The notes beneath the pieces were generated by a model that was not told where the DNA came from, ran no database searches, and saw only the letters and a program-made list of their open reading frames with translations. Below, one piece after another: positions 61,190-64,000 of a stretch of DNA of 64,000 nt (positions are counted from its first letter, which is position 1; the number at the start of each line of letters is the position of its first letter). The DNA is taken from assembly GCA_965205505.1 (NCBI GenBank), contig CBDBHB010000007.1, positions 32,001 through 96,000 of the forward strand. Direction: 5' to 3'. The position numbers and the translations under genes are program-made. Source of the DNA: Acidobacteriota bacterium. Lineage in GTDB: Bacteria > Acidobacteriota > UBA890 > WLXD01.

Positions 61190-62881
61190 TCAAAAGAAAT
61201 AGAGCAGCAGCAAGATCGCCAGGAGGACAGCGACCCACAATGCCATGCTGCCGGTCGGCCAGGTGCGCTCAAGGATCCCCTCCGGCCCGTGATGCCGGTG
61301 AACCGTCTGCAACGTGGCGGTAATGCGTCGCCCCGCTCTGTCGAGCACTCCGTTCCAGAGGCGGGCGCCGGCGCGGATGACGGGCGCTAGCGTGCTCGGC
61401 ACGAGACGCCGGTAGATCCAATCACTGTCCAGGTTGACCGATCTCAACTCCGGGGGATACAGCCCGACCCAGTTTAGCCAAGCGAAGGCAACGGCGGACC
61501 AGAACAGAAGCTGGAGCTGCGTGATGACATGGGTCGCGGTGTAGGGCTCGTAGTCAACCTGAAACGGCAGAACGCCGTAGAGCAGCGACGGGAAGACACC
61601 GATTCCGATGCATAGCGAAGCGGCCAGCCCCATGGCGATCAGCATGTTGCGCGGCGCCTCTTTGCAGCGGATTCCCGAGTCGTGTGCGAAGAAGGCGAAA
61701 TAGGGAATCTTGATACCGGAATGGTGGAAGACGCCGGCCGACGCAAACAGCAGCACGAAGTAGACGAACGTGTAGTGATTTTCAGCGGTCGCAGAAATGA
61801 TCAATGACTTGGTGGCGAAGCCGCTGAAGAACGGAAACGCGGAGATCGAAGCGGCCCCGACGATACAGAAACCGGTCGTCCACGGCATCGACTTGTAGAG
61901 TCCGCCGAGCTCCGAGCCCTTCATCGTGCCGGTGCGTAGCAGCACCGCCCCCATCGACATGAAAAGCACACCCTTGAAGAGAATGTCGGCGAACGCGTGA
62001 GCAGCGGCGCCGTTGAGTGCCAACTCGGTACCGATGCCGACCCCGACGACCATGAACCCCAGCTGGTTGTTCATGCTGTAGGTCAGCACCCGACGGAGAT
62101 CGTTGACGATCACGGCGAAGAAGATCGGAAAGGCGGTCATCGTGACGCCGATCCAGACCAGCAACTCGGTCCCGGGGTAGCCTCGTGCCAGCGCGTAGAT
62201 TGCCATCTTGGTGGTGAAGGCGCTCAGAAACACCGTCCCGGTCACGGTCGCCTCTGGATAGGCGTCCTCGAGCCAGTTGTGCAACAGCGGAAAAGCACAC
62301 TTGATGCCGAAGGCGATGAAAATGAGCCAGCCACCCAGGCCGCTGAGCCCCAGATAGTCGAACGCGAGCGATCCGGTTTCGTGGACGTGGGCCAGGGCCC
62401 CAGCAAGCAGCAGCACGCCGGATGTTATTTGGAAGATCAAGTAGCGCATGCCGGCCCGATACGACCGCTCGCTGCGGCGTGCCCAGATCAAGAAGACGGA
62501 GGAGACCGCGGCCATCTCCCAGTAGACGAAGAGCGTGATCAAGTCGCCCGCGAAAACCGCGCCAATGGCGCTGCCCGCGTACGCGAATGCGGCGACGTGT
62601 TGACCGGTGTCCTTGACCCGAAGGGCGAAGATCATGCCGAGGAACGCGGCGATGTGGAAGATATAGCCGAACACGAGGCTCAGCCGGTCGACGCGGACGG
62701 GCGTCAGCGAGTAGTCGAAGACGGAGAGCTGCACGAGATCCCCGTGCGACACCGCCAGCAACTGGAGGAAGCCCAGGAGCGGTATCAGGAGCATGTAGGC
62801 CGCCCGAACGCGCCCGCGCAGAAGCGGGATCAGCAACCCTCCGAAGATCAGCAGCCAGCCGGGCGGGATGCTATCGATCAT
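61190..62881 (-). CDS. Mrp/Mnh Na+/H+ antiporter subunit D-like
   Basis: Polytopic; WE, GIKCAFPLLHNWL.DAYP, FTTK, HAFADILFKG. Confidence 0.88.
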   Translation of the reverse strand: MIDSIPPGWLLIFGGLLIPLLRGRVRAAYMLLIPLLGFLQLLAVSHGDLVQLSVFDYSLTPVRVDRLSLVFGYIFHIAAFLGMIFALRVKDTGQHVAAFAYAGSAIGAVFAGDLITLFVYWEMAAVSSVFLIWARRSERSYRAGMRYLIFQITSGVLLLAGALAHVHETGSLAFDYLGLSGLGGWLIFIAFGIKCAFPLLHNWLEDAYPEATVTGTVFLSAFTTKMAIYALARGYPGTELLVWIGVTMTAFPIFFAVIVNDLRRVLTYSMNNQLGFMVVGVGIGTELALNGAAAHAFADILFKGVLFMSMGAVLLRTGTMKGSELGGLYKSMPWTTGFCIVGAASISAFPFFSGFATKSLIISATAENHYTFVYFVLLFASAGVFHHSGIKIPYFAFFAHDSGIRCKEAPRNMLIAMGLAASLCIGIGVFPSLLYGVLPFQVDYEPYTATHVITQLQLLFWSAVAFAWLNWVGLYPPELRSVNLDSDWIYRRLVPSTLAPVIRAGARLWNGVLDRAGRRITATLQTVHRHHGPEGILERTWPTGSMALWVAVLLAILLLLYFF

Positions 62882-63182
62882 AGTAGTCTTCGCCCCGGCC
62901 TACGATCTTGCGCAGCTGCTTGGCAGCCAGCACCAGGAGCACGCAGGAGACAAAGCCGTAGAAGCCGAAGAATCCAACGACGCGCTCAATTGCATACTCG
63001 ATGTGCTTTTCGTAAAACAGGTCCGCCGCGACTAAAAGAGCACAGACGATCCAAAGGCCGCTGTATATCTTGCGGACGTTTCGCGCGTCGTCGAGCCAGT
63101 ACTTTTTCTCGCCCCGTGCGGGCTCTGGCGCGGCGTCTTTCGAACGCTCCATGTGGCCATCGGTGTGACTGTCGTCTTGCAT
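62871..63182 (-). CDS. Small membrane protein of the Mrp cluster
   Basis: Two TM segments, GFFGFYGFVSCV...R.EDYYD; lies between antiporter subunits. Confidence 0.75.
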   Translation of the reverse strand: MQDDSHTDGHMERSKDAAPEPARGEKKYWLDDARNVRKIYSGLWIVCALLVAADLFYEKHIEYAIERVVGFFGFYGFVSCVLLVLAAKQLRKIVGRGEDYYDR

Positions 63183-63196
63183 GGCTCGCTAGTGTC

Positions 63197-64000
63197 CTAC
63201 TGCGGCTTCACGATCGGTGTTAACAGCTGGTAGAGGTCATCGGCGAAGAAGAAGAGAGCCAGGCAGCCTGCGGCCGTTGCGCAGAGCGCTACCAGGCAGA
63301 AGATCGGCGCTTCCCTGATCGGCGATCCGCCTTCTGTCCCGAGCGCCGCACCCTGGGGTACACCATCGATGGGGTCGACGTCGGGTGCCGACTCCGGAGG
63401 GGCAACGAAAAATGCCCGCGCCACGAGTGGCATCAAGTACGCGACGTTCAGCAGCGAGCTGATCATCAGAACGGCAACGAAGATGGCCTTCTCCGCTTCG
63501 AGCGCCCCGAGGGCCAGGAACCACTTGCTCCACGCACCACCGAAGGGCGGCAAGCCGATAACACTGAGCGAGCCGATGAAGAAGGCCGTCATGGTAATCG
63601 GCATGGTACGGCCGATGCCGTCCATGTCGCTGATCTCGGTCTTGTGGGCCGCCACGTAAATCGCCCCGGCGCAGAAAAAGAGGGTGATCTTGCCGAAGGC
63701 GTGCATGGCGATGTGCATGCTGCCGCCCAGGACACCGGCACTGGTCGCCAGCGCTGCGCCGAGAACGATGTATGCGAGCTGGCTCACCGTCGAGTAGGCC
63801 AGGCGCGCTTTGAGGTTGTCTTTGGTAAGGGCCACCAGCGACGCCGCGACGATCGTGAACGCGGCGACGTACATGAGCCAGATGCTCAAACCCGTGTCGG
63901 TGAGCAGCTCGAGCCCGAAGACGTAGACGATGATTTTCATTACCGTGAACACGCCGACCTTGACCACCGCAACGGCGTGGAGAAGCGCGCTCACCGGGGT
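63197..64000 (-). CDS. Mrp/Mnh antiporter subunit D family, C-terminal part (truncated by window edge)
   Basis: PVSALLHAVAVVK, RLAYSTVSQL, HAFGKITLFFCAG, GLPPFGG..SKW. Confidence 0.88.
   Translation of the reverse strand, partial: TPVSALLHAVAVVKVGVFTVMKIIVYVFGLELLTDTGLSIWLMYVAAFTIVAASLVALTKDNLKARLAYSTVSQLAYIVLGAALATSAGVLGGSMHIAMHAFGKITLFFCAGAIYVAAHKTEISDMDGIGRTMPITMTAFFIGSLSVIGLPPFGGAWSKWFLALGALEAEKAIFVAVLMISSLLNVAYLMPLVARAFFVAPPESAPDVDPIDGVPQGAALGTEGGSPIREAPIFCLVALCATAAGCLALFFFADDLYQLLTPIVKPQ

Noticed and set aside
63189-63198. CTAGTGTCCT matching the MITE tip between Mrp genes
   Set aside because: Only 10 bp, overlapping a stop codon; cannot be told from chance

Overview
GC-rich bacterial chromosomal window. 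Gene content and order suggest an Acidobacteriota-like diderm (inference). Most of it is housekeeping: murA end, HIT, dksA-like, rlmH-rsfS-nadD-obgE-rpmA-rplU, dprA-topA-trmFO-xerC-hslVU-dapF, uvrA, rsmI, mfd, the atp F'/F/H/A/G/D/C operon and Mrp antiporter subunits. There is also a dispersed surface-glycan set (Wzm/Wzt, coiled-coil methyltransferase, glycosyltransferases, Ugd). The most striking signal is a nested mobile-element system. A ~278-bp CTAG-bounded MITE family occurs as 2 full copies plus remnants. An IS1111-group (IS110 family) element of ~1.4 kb sits exactly in the terminal CT|AG of one MITE copy. Its 3' non-coding end can fold into a bridge/seek-RNA-like loop whose two strands match the MITE terminus, so it looks like an RNA-guided parasite of the MITE. 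Other points of note: a DapF with both catalytic Cys replaced by Ser, an LptM-like Fn3 lipoprotein upstream of dapF, a gluzincin-propeller-Omp85 fusion, a PCYCGC/cytochrome c fusion, and several decayed or rearranged accessory genes. No rRNA, tRNA or CRISPR array was seen. All calls come from reading motifs by eye; no database search was run.
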